Assembly (NCBI GenBank): GCA_025937235.1
Contig: JAICRU010000003.1
Coordinates: forward strand, 2,119-66,118
Source: Acidimicrobiia bacterium
GTDB lineage: Bacteria; Actinomycetota; Acidimicrobiia; Spongiisociales; ZC4RG35
Direction: 5' to 3'
DNA length: 64,000 nucleotides
Program-made: the position numbers and the translations under genes
Shown: one piece after another, positions 19,265 to 28,680 of the stretch
How positions within the stretch are numbered: the stretch's first letter is position 1
How the letters are laid out: each line of letters starts with the position of its first letter
Notes under the pieces: model-generated
The model's input: only the letters and a program-made list of their open reading frames with translations
Database searches by the model: none
What the model was told of the DNA's origin: nothing

Positions 19265-21571
19265 TCACGGCGTCACCTGGTCGGCGATTCGTCGTCCCAG
19301 CTCGGTGAAATCCCTCACGGCCGTCGCAGGACCCGTGCCGACATGAAACGTGTCGATCACCTCACCGGCGCGGCTGTCGAGCTTTGCCAGGCGAATCTCG
19401 AGACCAAGGTTCTCCAGAACGCCGAGAATCTCGGCCAGTCTGCCGATGCGGTCGGAACATTTGACCACCACGACCAGATCCCCCGTGGCGGGATCGATCG
19501 ACACGTCAGCGCTCGGCTTGGGGCGTGACACTTCTGAGCTCGGATAGGCAGCAGCCCGTGACGCGACGCGGTCGTCGGTGTCTAGCTCCCCGCGGAGACT
19601 AGCTTCGAGGTCGGCCCGAACCCGGTCCCACCGTTCGCGGGGGACGACCCCACCGGTCCGGTCATCACGGACGCTGAATGTGTCCACCACCAAGCCGTCG
19701 GAGCGGCCGAACATCCGTGCCTCCAGCACGTCGACCCCGCTGGCGGCGAACACCGCGCCCACGAGCCGACGAAACCCGGGGACACTCGGGCCAACGACCG
19801 CCACCCTCTCGATGGGCGTCGCCACTCGTACCCCGAGATTGGACGCCCCCGCCAGATCGAGGATCAACTCCAGATGCCAGAACACCTCATCGATCGTGAG
19901 GCTCCGCAGGTAGTCGGCAGGCATTGCGTCGATGTGCGCGCTCACCGATTCTGTCGCCTCCCCCGATCGGGCCAGCACCTCCTCTCGGGTGGCTCCGCCC
20001 GTCATGGCCGCCGACTCCTCATCGCCGAATCTGGCAGCGCAGCGCATGAAGAGCGTGTCGAGCAGGGTTGCCTTCCAGTCGTTCCACATCGAGGGCCCGG
20101 TGGCCCGGGAATCGGCGACGGTCAGCAGGTATAGGACCTGGAGCATTTCGAGGCTGCCCACCTCTGACGCCATTTCGTCGATAACAGCCGGGTCGGCGAG
20201 ATCTCGTCGGGTGGCGGTCCGTGGGAGTAGGAGGTGATGCTTCACCGCTCCGACCAAGAGGTCTGTGGTGCCGGCGTCGAGCCCTGTCCGCAGGGCAAAG
20301 GAAGCGGCTATTCCGGCGCCGATCCGGGCGTGATCACCACCGTGACCCTTTCCGATGTCGTGGAGGAAGGCGGAGAGACGTAGCAGCCGCGGGTTGTCGA
20401 GCTCGCGTCCGATACGACCCAGCGAGCCCTGGTCCGATCCGATCGACTGCATCTCGGCGACGGTGCGCCATAGATGTGCCGCCACCGGGTGTTGGTGGAA
20501 CGGCTCGAGCTGAGGCAGGGTGGCCACCACTCCCCACTCGGGGAGCACATCTGCGAGGTGGCCGTCGTCCCAGAGACGATCGAAAAGCGCTCGACCGGGC
20601 TCCCCGGCTTCCAGCAGCCGGTCGAGGTCGTCGACGGTGGATGGAGGCTCGGGTCTGATGGAGCCCGACGACACGGCGCTGCGGGACCAGACTCGGCGGA
20701 TGGCCGGCTCCTTTCGGGCATCCAGCACCTCAGGCCACTTCTGCTCGGCGACCCTGTCTATCGATTGCATGGCTGTCACCAGGTCCTGAGCTACCGCGAA
20801 AGTGTCGCGCCCGAGCCAGCGCGCAACCGGGTCGCGTAATTCGGGAGAGAACACATCGTGCGCCCGGCCGGTTACGGCGTGGAGGGCGTTGCGAACCCGA
20901 AGGAGGACCTCACGCGCCGTCGCTTCGTCGGCATGATGCTCTGTGGAGAACTTCCCGATCAGCTCCTGGCGCCGGCGTTCCCACTCGAAGGCCTGTAACG
21001 CCCGCAAACCGCCGCGCCCGGTCTTGACGTCGACAGCCATCAACCGGTAGGGGGCCTCGGCACGCCGGCTTCGCTCCGCGTCAACCAGATGACGGCGCAG
21101 AGGACGGGCCCGGGTCACCCGGGTGACGGCACTCATCAGCCGCTCGAAGAGGTCTTCTGAGCCGGCCACCAGACGACTGGTGAGAAGCGTGGTCTGGGTG
21201 TCGAATCGCTCACGTGCCGCTTCCGATGCTTCTTTCACTGTGCGCACGGAATGGCCAACCCGCAGCTTGGCGTCCCAGAGAGGGCGGAAGAGATCGGCCG
21301 CCGCCGCGGACACGTCGCCACTCTCGTAGAGCAGCATCAGGTCCACGTCGGAATAGGGGCTCAATTCGCTCCTCCCGTACCCCCCGAGCGCCACCACCGC
21401 CATCGGTGCCGTTCCCGGGTCGACCAGGACCGACACCGTCTGGTCGAGGCTTGCCGTCAATGCAGCACACACTTCACGACCTCCGTCACCGATGCGTTGC
21501 CGTCGCACCGAGTCACGGAGGTCGATGAAGTCGGAGAGGATCGGGTTCCCCGAATCAGATGGCGTCGGCAC
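19265..21571 (-). CDS. glnD: [Protein-PII] uridylyltransferase/uridylyl-removing enzyme
   Basis: Nucleotidyltransferase motif GGYGRSELSPYSDVDL, HD domain FLHDIGKGHGGDH, two C-terminal ACT-like repeats. The start is set at the GTG (VPTPSDSGNPILSDF), which overlaps glnK by 17 nt. The track start at 21688 would overlap by 134 nt. Confidence 0.88.
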   Translation of the reverse strand: MPTPSDSGNPILSDFIDLRDSVRRQRIGDGGREVCAALTASLDQTVSVLVDPGTAPMAVVALGGYGRSELSPYSDVDLMLLYESGDVSAAAADLFRPLWDAKLRVGHSVRTVKEASEAARERFDTQTTLLTSRLVAGSEDLFERLMSAVTRVTRARPLRRHLVDAERSRRAEAPYRLMAVDVKTGRGGLRALQAFEWERRRQELIGKFSTEHHADEATAREVLLRVRNALHAVTGRAHDVFSPELRDPVARWLGRDTFAVAQDLVTAMQSIDRVAEQKWPEVLDARKEPAIRRVWSRSAVSSGSIRPEPPSTVDDLDRLLEAGEPGRALFDRLWDDGHLADVLPEWGVVATLPQLEPFHQHPVAAHLWRTVAEMQSIGSDQGSLGRIGRELDNPRLLRLSAFLHDIGKGHGGDHARIGAGIAASFALRTGLDAGTTDLLVGAVKHHLLLPRTATRRDLADPAVIDEMASEVGSLEMLQVLYLLTVADSRATGPSMWNDWKATLLDTLFMRCAARFGDEESAAMTGGATREEVLARSGEATESVSAHIDAMPADYLRSLTIDEVFWHLELILDLAGASNLGVRVATPIERVAVVGPSVPGFRRLVGAVFAASGVDVLEARMFGRSDGLVVDTFSVRDDRTGGVVPRERWDRVRADLEASLRGELDTDDRVASRAAAYPSSEVSRPKPSADVSIDPATGDLVVVVKCSDRIGRLAEILGVLENLGLEIRLAKLDSRAGEVIDTFHVGTGPATAVRDFTELGRRIADQVTP

Positions 21572-21893
21572 CTCTCTCACCGGTACGGATGCGTACCACG
21601 TCTTCGACCGGGACGACGACGATCTTGCCGTCTCCGATCTCCCCGGTGTGCGCCGCCGATTCGATCGCCGCCACCGTGGGCCCGGCAAGCTCGTCGGTGA
21701 CGATCACCTCCAGCCGTACCTTGGGCACGAACTCCACTTCGTATTCGGCGCCCCGATAGACCTCGGTCTGGCCCCCTTGGCGACCGAACCCGGAGATGTC
21801 GCCCACCGACATCCCGGAGACACCGGCGGATTTGAGAGAGTCCCGTACCTGCTCGAGTTTGAACGGCTTGATGAAGGCGATGATCAGTCTCAT
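21555..21893 (-). CDS. glnK: Nitrogen regulatory protein P-II
   Basis: 112 aa, MRLIIAFIKPFKLEQV..., T-loop GRQGGQTEVYRGAEY. The track ORF has a non-homologous 50-aa 5' extension. Confidence 0.95.
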   Translation of the reverse strand: MRLIIAFIKPFKLEQVRDSLKSAGVSGMSVGDISGFGRQGGQTEVYRGAEYEVEFVPKVRLEVIVTDELAGPTVAAIESAAHTGEIGDGKIVVVPVEDVVRIRTGERGADAI

Positions 21894-21957
21894 TTCCCAG
21901 TCCTTTCGACCCCAGTCCTTGATGTCGTCGCTTCTCTTCGGGTCATCGTCGTTCCCG

Positions 21958-23193
21958 TCAGTGCCCGGCCAGGCTGGCACTGGCGGTGCTGTAGGCAGCC
22001 TCTGCGTGCTCCGCCAGGTCCAACCCGCTGTTCTCGACGTCATCGGAGACCCTGAGACCGATCGTGGCCTTCAGAGCCAGCATGATCAGTGCGGTCACGA
22101 CGAAGGAGTAGGCGATGGTGGCTGCGTTGCCCAGCGCCTGCGCGCCGAGCAGCTCCAGCCCGCCTCCGTAGAACGACCCCGCCATGAACTCGCCGCCGAA
22201 GAATGCAGGGTCGGCGAACAAGCCGATGGCCAGCGAGCCGACCAGACCGCCCACGAAATGGACCCCTACGACGTCCAAAGCGTCGTCATAGCCTGCCCTG
22301 CTCTTCAGACCGACGGCGAAACAGCAGATGATGCCGGTGGCCAGCCCGATCCAGATCGGCGACATCCCGGCTACGAACCCTGCGCCGGGTGTGATGGCCA
22401 CCAGACCCGCAACGATCCCGGATGCCACGCCGAGGTTCGTGAAATGGCCGTCCCGGAACCTCTCGACGAATCCCCAGGACAGCCCGGCTGCCGCCGCCGC
22501 CAGAAAGGTGTTCATGAAGGCCTGAACCGCTTGGCCGTTGGCTGCCAGAGCCGAGCCTGCATTGAACCCGAACCAGCCGAACCACAGGATCCCGGTGCCC
22601 AGCATCACCAGAGGCATCGAGTGTGGGGGGTGACCCTGACTCGGCCATCCCCTGCGCTTGCCCAGGACGAGGACCGCGGCCAGGGCGGCGATGCCAGCGT
22701 TGACGTGGATGGCGGTGCCGCCGGCGAAGTCGAGTGCACCCCTGTCTCCGATCCAGCCCCCATAGACCCATTTGAACACCGGCACGAACACGAGGAGGAG
22801 CCAGGCCGGGGCGAAGATGGCCCAGGCCGAGAACTTCATCCGGTCGGCCACCGCACCGGAGATGAGGGCCGGCGTTATGACTGCGAACATGCCCAGGAAA
22901 GCCACGGTCAACAACCCGGATCCCCCGTCTTCGCCGGTGATGCCGAGACCGCGGAGAAACGCCATGTCGAGGTCGCCGAGAAGGGCACCGTCACCCGATT
23001 GCGCCAGTGAGTAGCCAACGACCACCCAGAGGATCGGGATGACGAGCAGACACCAGAAGTTCATCATCAGCATGTTCAGGACGTTTCTCGTACGGTCCAT
23101 GCCTCCATAGAACAACGCCAGACCCGGCGTCATGAACAAGACCAACGCCGAGGAAGTCAACACCCAGGCCGCATCACCAGTATCCATCAGCAC
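21958..23193 (-). CDS. amtB: Ammonium transporter
   Basis: 411 aa, 11 TM. Amt signatures AIHVNAGIAALAAVLVLGKRRGW and VHFVGGLVGSLAIGLFA. Sits upstream of glnK-glnD. Confidence 0.95.
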   Translation of the reverse strand: MLMDTGDAAWVLTSSALVLFMTPGLALFYGGMDRTRNVLNMLMMNFWCLLVIPILWVVVGYSLAQSGDGALLGDLDMAFLRGLGITGEDGGSGLLTVAFLGMFAVITPALISGAVADRMKFSAWAIFAPAWLLLVFVPVFKWVYGGWIGDRGALDFAGGTAIHVNAGIAALAAVLVLGKRRGWPSQGHPPHSMPLVMLGTGILWFGWFGFNAGSALAANGQAVQAFMNTFLAAAAAGLSWGFVERFRDGHFTNLGVASGIVAGLVAITPGAGFVAGMSPIWIGLATGIICCFAVGLKSRAGYDDALDVVGVHFVGGLVGSLAIGLFADPAFFGGEFMAGSFYGGGLELLGAQALGNAATIAYSFVVTALIMLALKATIGLRVSDDVENSGLDLAEHAEAAYSTASASLAGH

Positions 23194-23229
23194 TCCTCCC
23201 GAACCGCATGGCTCTGTTGCTGCGGCATC

Positions 23230-23258
23230 GTTTCGGCGCTGTGTTTCAGAAGTGTTTC
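23230..23258 (-). promoter_or_regulatory. Three direct GAAAC half-sites (GAAAC-n6-GAAAC-n8-GAAAC) 37-65 nt upstream of amtB; candidate GlnR-type box
   Basis: Plus-strand GTTTC at 23230, 23243 and 23254. Actinobacterial GlnR boxes are described as GnnAC-n6-GnAAC. No binding data. Confidence 0.3.
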
Positions 23259-23596
23259 CGCTCGCCGAAGAAGTCGTTAACAGGGTCGGGCGCGCCTGCC
23301 TGACTCGGGCCGACCAGCTCGATCAGGGAATGCTCGTCATCTCCGACTGGAGGTCGTTGGTGAAATGAGGTGTTGTTACGACCGCGCCCGCCGTGTCGTC
23401 GGGGAACTAGCGGCATGGCCGCCCGCAACCTGGCGAGGAGCTCGCCCATACCGAACGGCCAGGGCGAGTAGTCGTCGAATCTTGCGCCGAGAGCCCGAGC
23501 GCCCCGGGAGCAAAGACCGGCTGTGGGCCCCCCATGACACCGTCAAGGGGCGACGATCCGGGTAGCTTGGGCTCGACGTCAGCGAAAGGAGATCGC

Positions 23597-23830
23597 ATGA
23601 CCGATCCAACTCCACCGATGGAGCCATCGCCGGCACCCACCGGAAGGAACACCTGGATCGTGGTTGTCCTTGTGGTGATCCTCGCCATCGTCCTGATCGT
23701 CTACCTCGGGGGAGATGACGACACCGACGGGACGACAGCTGACACATCGGAGCCGGCAACCACGACCGCGACCACCGTGGTGGCGACGACAGCCGCCCCG
23801 ACGACAGTGGCCACCACCGCCGCGGGTTGA
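23597..23830 (+). CDS. Small single-pass membrane protein with Thr/Ala-rich tail
   Basis: AAGGAG lies 6 nt before ATG 23597. One TM helix, WIVVVLVVILAIVLIVYL. Confidence 0.55.
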   Translation: MTDPTPPMEPSPAPTGRNTWIVVVLVVILAIVLIVYLGGDDDTDGTTADTSEPATTTATTVVATTAAPTTVATTAAG

Positions 23831-23846
23831 CGCGCTCCGGCCGGAG

Positions 23847-25445
23847 TCAGCCGCCCAGGATGCCTTCGACGCCGGCCGAAGGTGTGACATCCGGAAGTCT
23901 CATCATCCGGAACGAATTGAGGAACCCGATCAGTCCGGCGATGAGAGGCACCAGCAACGCCACCTGGAGGGCGAAGGGCCGAGCCTCCGTGTTGATGCGG
24001 ATGACCTCCTCGCGGATGGGCTCCGGTTGCGACGCGAGCATTGCCTCGACTGACGTGTTGCTCATGACCTGGGCATCCTCTTCGAGAACCGCCGCCACTT
24101 GCGCCTTCTCCTCTGACGGCAGGACGGGGCTTGCATCGCTCATGCTGATGAAAGCTGCCGACAGCGTCGCCAGCATCACCCCTCCGGCGAAGGCGAGCCC
24201 GAAGGACAACCCGAAGGACCCGGCCGCGGAGTTGACACCGGCTGCCTCGCTGATCCTCTCCTCGGATATCGGAGCCAGCGCGTAGTTGTTCAACTGGGAG
24301 ACCAACAATCCCAACCCGATGCCCATGATGAACAGCGGCAGGGCCAGCCACCACCCGGAGTCCGTGCGCGGGATTATCGGGATCATGACGACGATCCCGA
24401 TGCTGAGCAGGGCGAAACCGGCTCGGATCACCACGGGAGGGCGTCTCTTTCCTGCTCTCTTCCCGGCCAGGATCGACACCGCGAACATGGTCAGGGAAAG
24501 GGGAGCGATGGTGATCCCCGTCTGCAGCGCGTTGTATTCGAGCACCATTTGGAGGAAGATCGGGACGACGATCATCGATCCGCCGAGGGCGATCTGCTGC
24601 AGCATCTGACCAGATATCCCGAGGCGGAACATCTTCGAGCGCAACAGGTCGGGATCGAGGAGCGTCACGTTCCCTTCCTTCTTGCGCTTGACCAGCCACC
24701 AAGCAAGGAGCGCCAGCCCGACCACGCCAAGGCCGATCAGCAGCCCTACCGCCTCCCCTCCTTCCTGCCAGACCAGGATACCGAGCACCAGGCCCCCCAT
24801 GCCGACCACCGAGAAGAGCGCTCCGACGAGGTCGAGACGTCTGTCGCCCGTGTAGGGCACGTCACGGACCAACCCGATACCGAGCAGGACTATGGCGATG
24901 ACGACAACCTCGAGCAGGAAACCGACACGCCACGAGAGGAATGTCGTGACAAAGCCTCCGAGGAGGGGTCCGATGGCGGCTGCGATGGCAGCAGAGGCTC
25001 CCACCAACGCATAAACCCGCTTCTGGGCTTCCCCCGAGAAGTTGCCGTGGATCAGCGACTGCATCGCAGGCAACAGCAGCGAAGCGCCCAGACCACCGAA
25101 CACTGCCCAGAAGATGATCATCGGACGCATGGTGTCGGTGAGCGTCATCGTCAGTGCGCCGACGGCGTAGCCGAGCAGACCGAGTACGTAGGCCCGTTTC
25201 CTCCCGATCAAGTCGCCCACCTTGCTGCTGATCAGGATGAACGCGGCCGAGACCAAGGCCTCGAGGGCAATGGCCGCCTGGACACTGCTGACCGTCGTTC
25301 CAAGATCCTCCACGACCGCCGATATCGAGACGTTCATCAGCGTGGTGTCGACGACGAGAACGAACATCGCCATCGCGAGGAGGATCGCCAGTCGAGGATT
25401 CCAGGCTGCCTCTTCTGTGACGGACGAGTTGAGTTGATCCGTCAT
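23847..25445 (-). CDS. MFS transporter, DHA2 (EmrB/QacA, 14-TM) type
   Basis: 532 aa, 14 hydrophobic segments. LDTTLMNV-like VVDTTLMNVSISAV and GDLIGRKRAY motifs. Confidence 0.88.
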   Translation of the reverse strand: MTDQLNSSVTEEAAWNPRLAILLAMAMFVLVVDTTLMNVSISAVVEDLGTTVSSVQAAIALEALVSAAFILISSKVGDLIGRKRAYVLGLLGYAVGALTMTLTDTMRPMIIFWAVFGGLGASLLLPAMQSLIHGNFSGEAQKRVYALVGASAAIAAAIGPLLGGFVTTFLSWRVGFLLEVVVIAIVLLGIGLVRDVPYTGDRRLDLVGALFSVVGMGGLVLGILVWQEGGEAVGLLIGLGVVGLALLAWWLVKRKKEGNVTLLDPDLLRSKMFRLGISGQMLQQIALGGSMIVVPIFLQMVLEYNALQTGITIAPLSLTMFAVSILAGKRAGKRRPPVVIRAGFALLSIGIVVMIPIIPRTDSGWWLALPLFIMGIGLGLLVSQLNNYALAPISEERISEAAGVNSAAGSFGLSFGLAFAGGVMLATLSAAFISMSDASPVLPSEEKAQVAAVLEEDAQVMSNTSVEAMLASQPEPIREEVIRINTEARPFALQVALLVPLIAGLIGFLNSFRMMRLPDVTPSAGVEGILGG

Positions 25446-25637
25446 CTCCCACCTCGATTCGAAGCACCGCGACCCCTGCCGAGCCGGCGTGAATGTAATA
25501 CGCCTCCGGTGCCCCCGGGGGGCAGGTGACGATGAGGAGTAGGCGGCGCAGGAGGGCGCGGTTGGCGAAAAGCCTCGAATCCCCGGGCTCTACCCCGTCG
25601 CAGCCGGATCTCGTGTCTACCATCCGGCTCCCGTCTG

Positions 25638-26051
25638 ATGCCTCAACACCTGGATAGAGGTGGCCCTGTGCGGTCACAGCGAGAGCGCCGGTTCACCCCT
25701 GAGCCGAAATCCGTTTCACACGCCCGACAATTCGTGCTCGCCGATGGTTGGGCCGAGGATGACAGATCGCGCCTCCGTCTGGCCACCGTGATCTCCGAAC
25801 TGGTGACCAATGTGATCCTCCACGCTCGGACTTCGTTCGTCGTATCCGTCAGGAATCATGGGGATTCGATTCGTGTCGAGGTGACCGACCTCTCGGAGGA
25901 CATGCCAGAGAAGCGGTCCTATGGGGTTCTGAGCGTCACCGGACGGGGCCTGCACGTCGTCGAGGCATTCGCGGACAGCTGGGGGTTCTCGCCGAACTCC
26001 GCCGGCAAGACCGTCTGGGCCGAGCTGGAGCGAGAACGGGTGGCCAGTTGA
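25638..26051 (+). CDS. Anti-sigma-factor-type Ser kinase (RsbW/SpoIIAB-like HATPase)
   Basis: 137 aa. ARQFV...LATVISELVTNVILHA...IRVEVTD...GRGLHVVEAFADSWG. Confidence 0.8.
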   Translation: MPQHLDRGGPVRSQRERRFTPEPKSVSHARQFVLADGWAEDDRSRLRLATVISELVTNVILHARTSFVVSVRNHGDSIRVEVTDLSEDMPEKRSYGVLSVTGRGLHVVEAFADSWGFSPNSAGKTVWAELERERVAS

Positions 26052-26866
26052 AGGAGACGGCGGAGCATGTTCGGGTGACCCTGCTCCAGCTTCCGGTCGA
26101 AGTCTGGCAACGGGCATCGGCCCACCAGGAAGCGATTCAGCGCGAGTTCGCCATTCTGAGTGCGAATCTGGGCCAGGACTCGGTCCCTCACCAACTGGTG
26201 GATCTGGTCACCTCTCTGTCTGCGAGTTTCGCCGGTGTCGGTGACGAGGCCCGGGCCCAGCTGTATCGAGCGGCTGAGGAGGGCAGACAGGAGATCGATC
26301 TCCTCTACACAGTGCCGCGGTCCGCCGCCGCTGCTTCCAAAGAGCTCGCCTCCATGCTGGATAGGGCGGACCGGTTCTGTCGGGAAGGTGAGGAAATGCT
26401 GACCCTTGTCACCCCACCCGAGCTGGTGGCGTTCCGTCGTTGGTTTCTCTCCGAGTTCAGCCGTCAGATCGACGATGGTCGGGACCCTCTCAGCTGGCCG
26501 GAGTACGAGCGCGCCCAGGTGGAAGTCGACCAGGACGTTTCGGACAGGTCTGTCGTTTCCGGCACCGACTCGGTCGTCTTCGAAGGTGAGCTGGATCTGA
26601 TGACGGCGGGAGTGCTACGGGATCGGATCCTCCAGTCACGGAGCGAGGAGGGCTCGGCCGTTCTCGAGCTTGACCTGAGCGGTGTGACCTTCGTCGACTC
26701 GGTGGGGATCAGCCTGCTGGTCACTGCCTACAAACGCATGCAGGACGACGGGGGCGACATCCGGATCATCCTTCCCGAGCGCTTGCGCCCGCTCTTCGAG
26801 ATCAGTGGCCTGGTCGATCTCTTCGCGCCCCGGTTCGTGGCCGCCGAGGAGACAAGGAACTCTTAG
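26048..26866 (+). CDS. STAS-domain protein (anti-sigma-factor antagonist) with about 170-aa unknown N-terminal domain
   Basis: C-terminus VVFEGELDLMTAGVLRDRI...LELDLSGVTFVDSVGISLLV...LFEISGLVDLF. The TTG start overlaps the kinase stop (TTGA). Confidence 0.8.
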   Translation: MKETAEHVRVTLLQLPVEVWQRASAHQEAIQREFAILSANLGQDSVPHQLVDLVTSLSASFAGVGDEARAQLYRAAEEGRQEIDLLYTVPRSAAAASKELASMLDRADRFCREGEEMLTLVTPPELVAFRRWFLSEFSRQIDDGRDPLSWPEYERAQVEVDQDVSDRSVVSGTDSVVFEGELDLMTAGVLRDRILQSRSEEGSAVLELDLSGVTFVDSVGISLLVTAYKRMQDDGGDIRIILPERLRPLFEISGLVDLFAPRFVAAEETRNS

Positions 26867-26933
26867 GTCCAGTATGCCCTGACGCCGTCCCTCCGTGGCG
26901 GCTCGGTTCGCGGCCGCGGGTTACCTTCTTCCC

Positions 26934-27458
26934 GTGCACCCAGAGCAAAATGTGGTGTTGACCGGGTTCATGGGCACTGGGAAGACGAGTGTCGGGCGCC
27001 GGCTGGCCCTGAAGCTGGAGATGGAGTTCGTCGACACCGACGAGCTCATCGAGTCACGTCACGGCCCGATCCCACGTATCTTCGCCGAGCGTGGCGAGGA
27101 GGGGTTCCGTGCCATCGAACGAGAGGTGGCGCGCGAGCTGGGGACCAGGTCCGGTTTGGTCATTGCCACCGGCGGCCGGATGATCCTCGACCCGGAGAGC
27201 TTCCGTTCGTTGAGCCGGAACGGCCGTATCTTCAACCTGGTCGCGACGCCGGAGGTCATCTATCAGCGGATCATCGGGGACAAGACGCCTCGAGATCGTC
27301 CACTTCTCCAGGTCGACGATCCACGCCAGCGCATCGTCGAGTTGTTGGCGGAGCGTGATCACGAGTACGCCCGGTTCCACCAAGTGCCCACCGACGACGC
27401 CGACCCCGGCCAGATCGCCGACGAGATCGCCCGGCTCTGGCGCCGGCCCGACGGCTGA
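26934..27458 (+). CDS. aroK: Shikimate kinase
   Basis: Walker A GFMGTGKTSVGR, DTDELIE, FRAIEREV, ATGGR. In-frame GTG 26934 is chosen over the track start at 26895. Confidence 0.88.
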   Translation: MHPEQNVVLTGFMGTGKTSVGRRLALKLEMEFVDTDELIESRHGPIPRIFAERGEEGFRAIEREVARELGTRSGLVIATGGRMILDPESFRSLSRNGRIFNLVATPEVIYQRIIGDKTPRDRPLLQVDDPRQRIVELLAERDHEYARFHQVPTDDADPGQIADEIARLWRRPDG

Positions 27459-27473
27459 GTGTCTCGATCGGCC

Positions 27474-27872
27474 TCAGTCGCTCCGGAGCACCGGTTTCAC
27501 GTCGACGATGGGTGTCCCGTCGACTGCCTCGAGGTCGCTGACCAGCACCCGGTGCCGATCAACCTCGAGGATGGTCACGGTGTGCAGCCCAAGCGGGTTG
27601 GGACGATCTTGGGATCTGGTGGCGAACACCCCTCGTATCGGTTGCGTCTCGTCGTCGCGTGGGTGGACCCTGAGCACCGACCGGTCGGCCAGATGTAGCC
27701 AGGTGAGGACATGGGCCCGCTCACCGGCGGCCAGGTCTCGCATCGCCGGTTCGTAATCAGCATCGAATACCAGCCACGCATCCGGCCCGCCCTCGTGCCC
27801 TTGCTTTGGTGCCTGGGCGGCGGCGCTGAGTGGTGACTCGACATGCCCGACAGCGCGCAATTCGTAAACCAC
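27474..27872 (-). CDS. trmO: tRNA (t6A37-N6)-methyltransferase TrmO/TsaA-like domain protein
   Basis: LRAVGHVESP..., RPNPLGLHTVTILEVD, DGTPIVDVKPV. The start is set at the GTG (VVYELRAVGH). The track ORF is 5'-extended over the HAD gene. Confidence 0.75.
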   Translation of the reverse strand: MVYELRAVGHVESPLSAAAQAPKQGHEGGPDAWLVFDADYEPAMRDLAAGERAHVLTWLHLADRSVLRVHPRDDETQPIRGVFATRSQDRPNPLGLHTVTILEVDRHRVLVSDLEAVDGTPIVDVKPVLRSD

Positions 27873-27922
27873 ATCCCGATTGTCGTCGACGATGTCGGGC
27901 CGGGGCACCCGAATTCCGGCGG

Positions 27923-28570
27923 CTAAAAGAGACGCAGCCTGGCCACCGAGGTCACCCTGGTCACGTCGGTCGGGCCCAGTGAATACGGGTCGATCAGGAT
28001 CGCATCGGCCATGCCGGCGGCGTGGGCACCCCGCACATCGTGGAACACCGAGTCGCCGACGTACCAGGCCTCCTCCGGGGCAAGGCTCATTCGCTCCAGA
28101 GCAGCCAGGAAGATCCCCGGGTCCGGCTTGGACACCCCCACCTCGTGGGAATCGATTACGAACTCGAACAGTTCGAGCAGGCCGGCCCGACCCAGGGAAT
28201 CTCGGACCGAGCCATCCGAGTTCGAGACCACCGCCACCCGGACACCTTGTGCGTTGAGGCGCCCGATCGCATCGACGACTCCGTCCAGCGGGTGGTTCCA
28301 CAAGGCGAAGCCGCGTTGCATCCGCTCACCGGCCAGGTGGGGGTCGGCCACACCGAGCAGGGTGAAGTAGCGCTCGAGCCACCAATCCCAATCCGCCTCC
28401 TCACCGGCGAGGCGGAGGTCGGAGTACTCGGCCATGGCCTGGTAATGGGCTCGATGGGCTTTCTCGGGATCGATATGGAGCCCGAGTCTGGTCCCGAGTT
28501 CCACCGGGTCCTGGAGGATGAGGGTGCCCCCGGCATCGAACAGGATCGCGGCGGGAGAGGTTGCTGGCAT
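27923..28570 (-). CDS. HAD-superfamily hydrolase, subfamily IA
   Basis: Motif I ILFDAGGTL, motif II VVSNSD, motif III K in VSKPDP, motif IV YVGDSVFHDVRGA. Confidence 0.85.
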   Translation of the reverse strand: MPATSPAAILFDAGGTLILQDPVELGTRLGLHIDPEKAHRAHYQAMAEYSDLRLAGEEADWDWWLERYFTLLGVADPHLAGERMQRGFALWNHPLDGVVDAIGRLNAQGVRVAVVSNSDGSVRDSLGRAGLLELFEFVIDSHEVGVSKPDPGIFLAALERMSLAPEEAWYVGDSVFHDVRGAHAAGMADAILIDPYSLGPTDVTRVTSVARLRLF

Positions 28571-28680
28571 CGAGTCATCTCAGCAGGTCCTGCCCACCTC
28601 GCCACATCCCGAAACCACCCTGCTGGCGCCGGGCAGCCCCGGCGCGCTAGAACTAGCCCATGTTCAGCCCCAATTCGCCG

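Noticed and set aside
21796-23010. 404-aa plus-strand ORF
   Set aside because: It is antisense to amtB and glnK with no motifs. The same reasoning applies to 6218..7102, 6628..7857, 7352..8164, 11304..12533, 23701..24702, 24549..25529, 38393..39589, 39427..40500, 40455..41453, 46615..47832, 54010..54936 and 56743..57969, all of which overlap confidently assigned genes in other frames or on the other strand.
28571-28680. ZTP (pfl) riboswitch upstream of fhs
   Set aside because: fhs is a classical ZTP-regulated gene, and the leader contains CUGGCG and CCGGGC strings. I could not find the conserved GGGUCGUGACUGGCG...CCGCCUGGGC cores or the expected two-subdomain layout. Only generic GC hairpins are reported.
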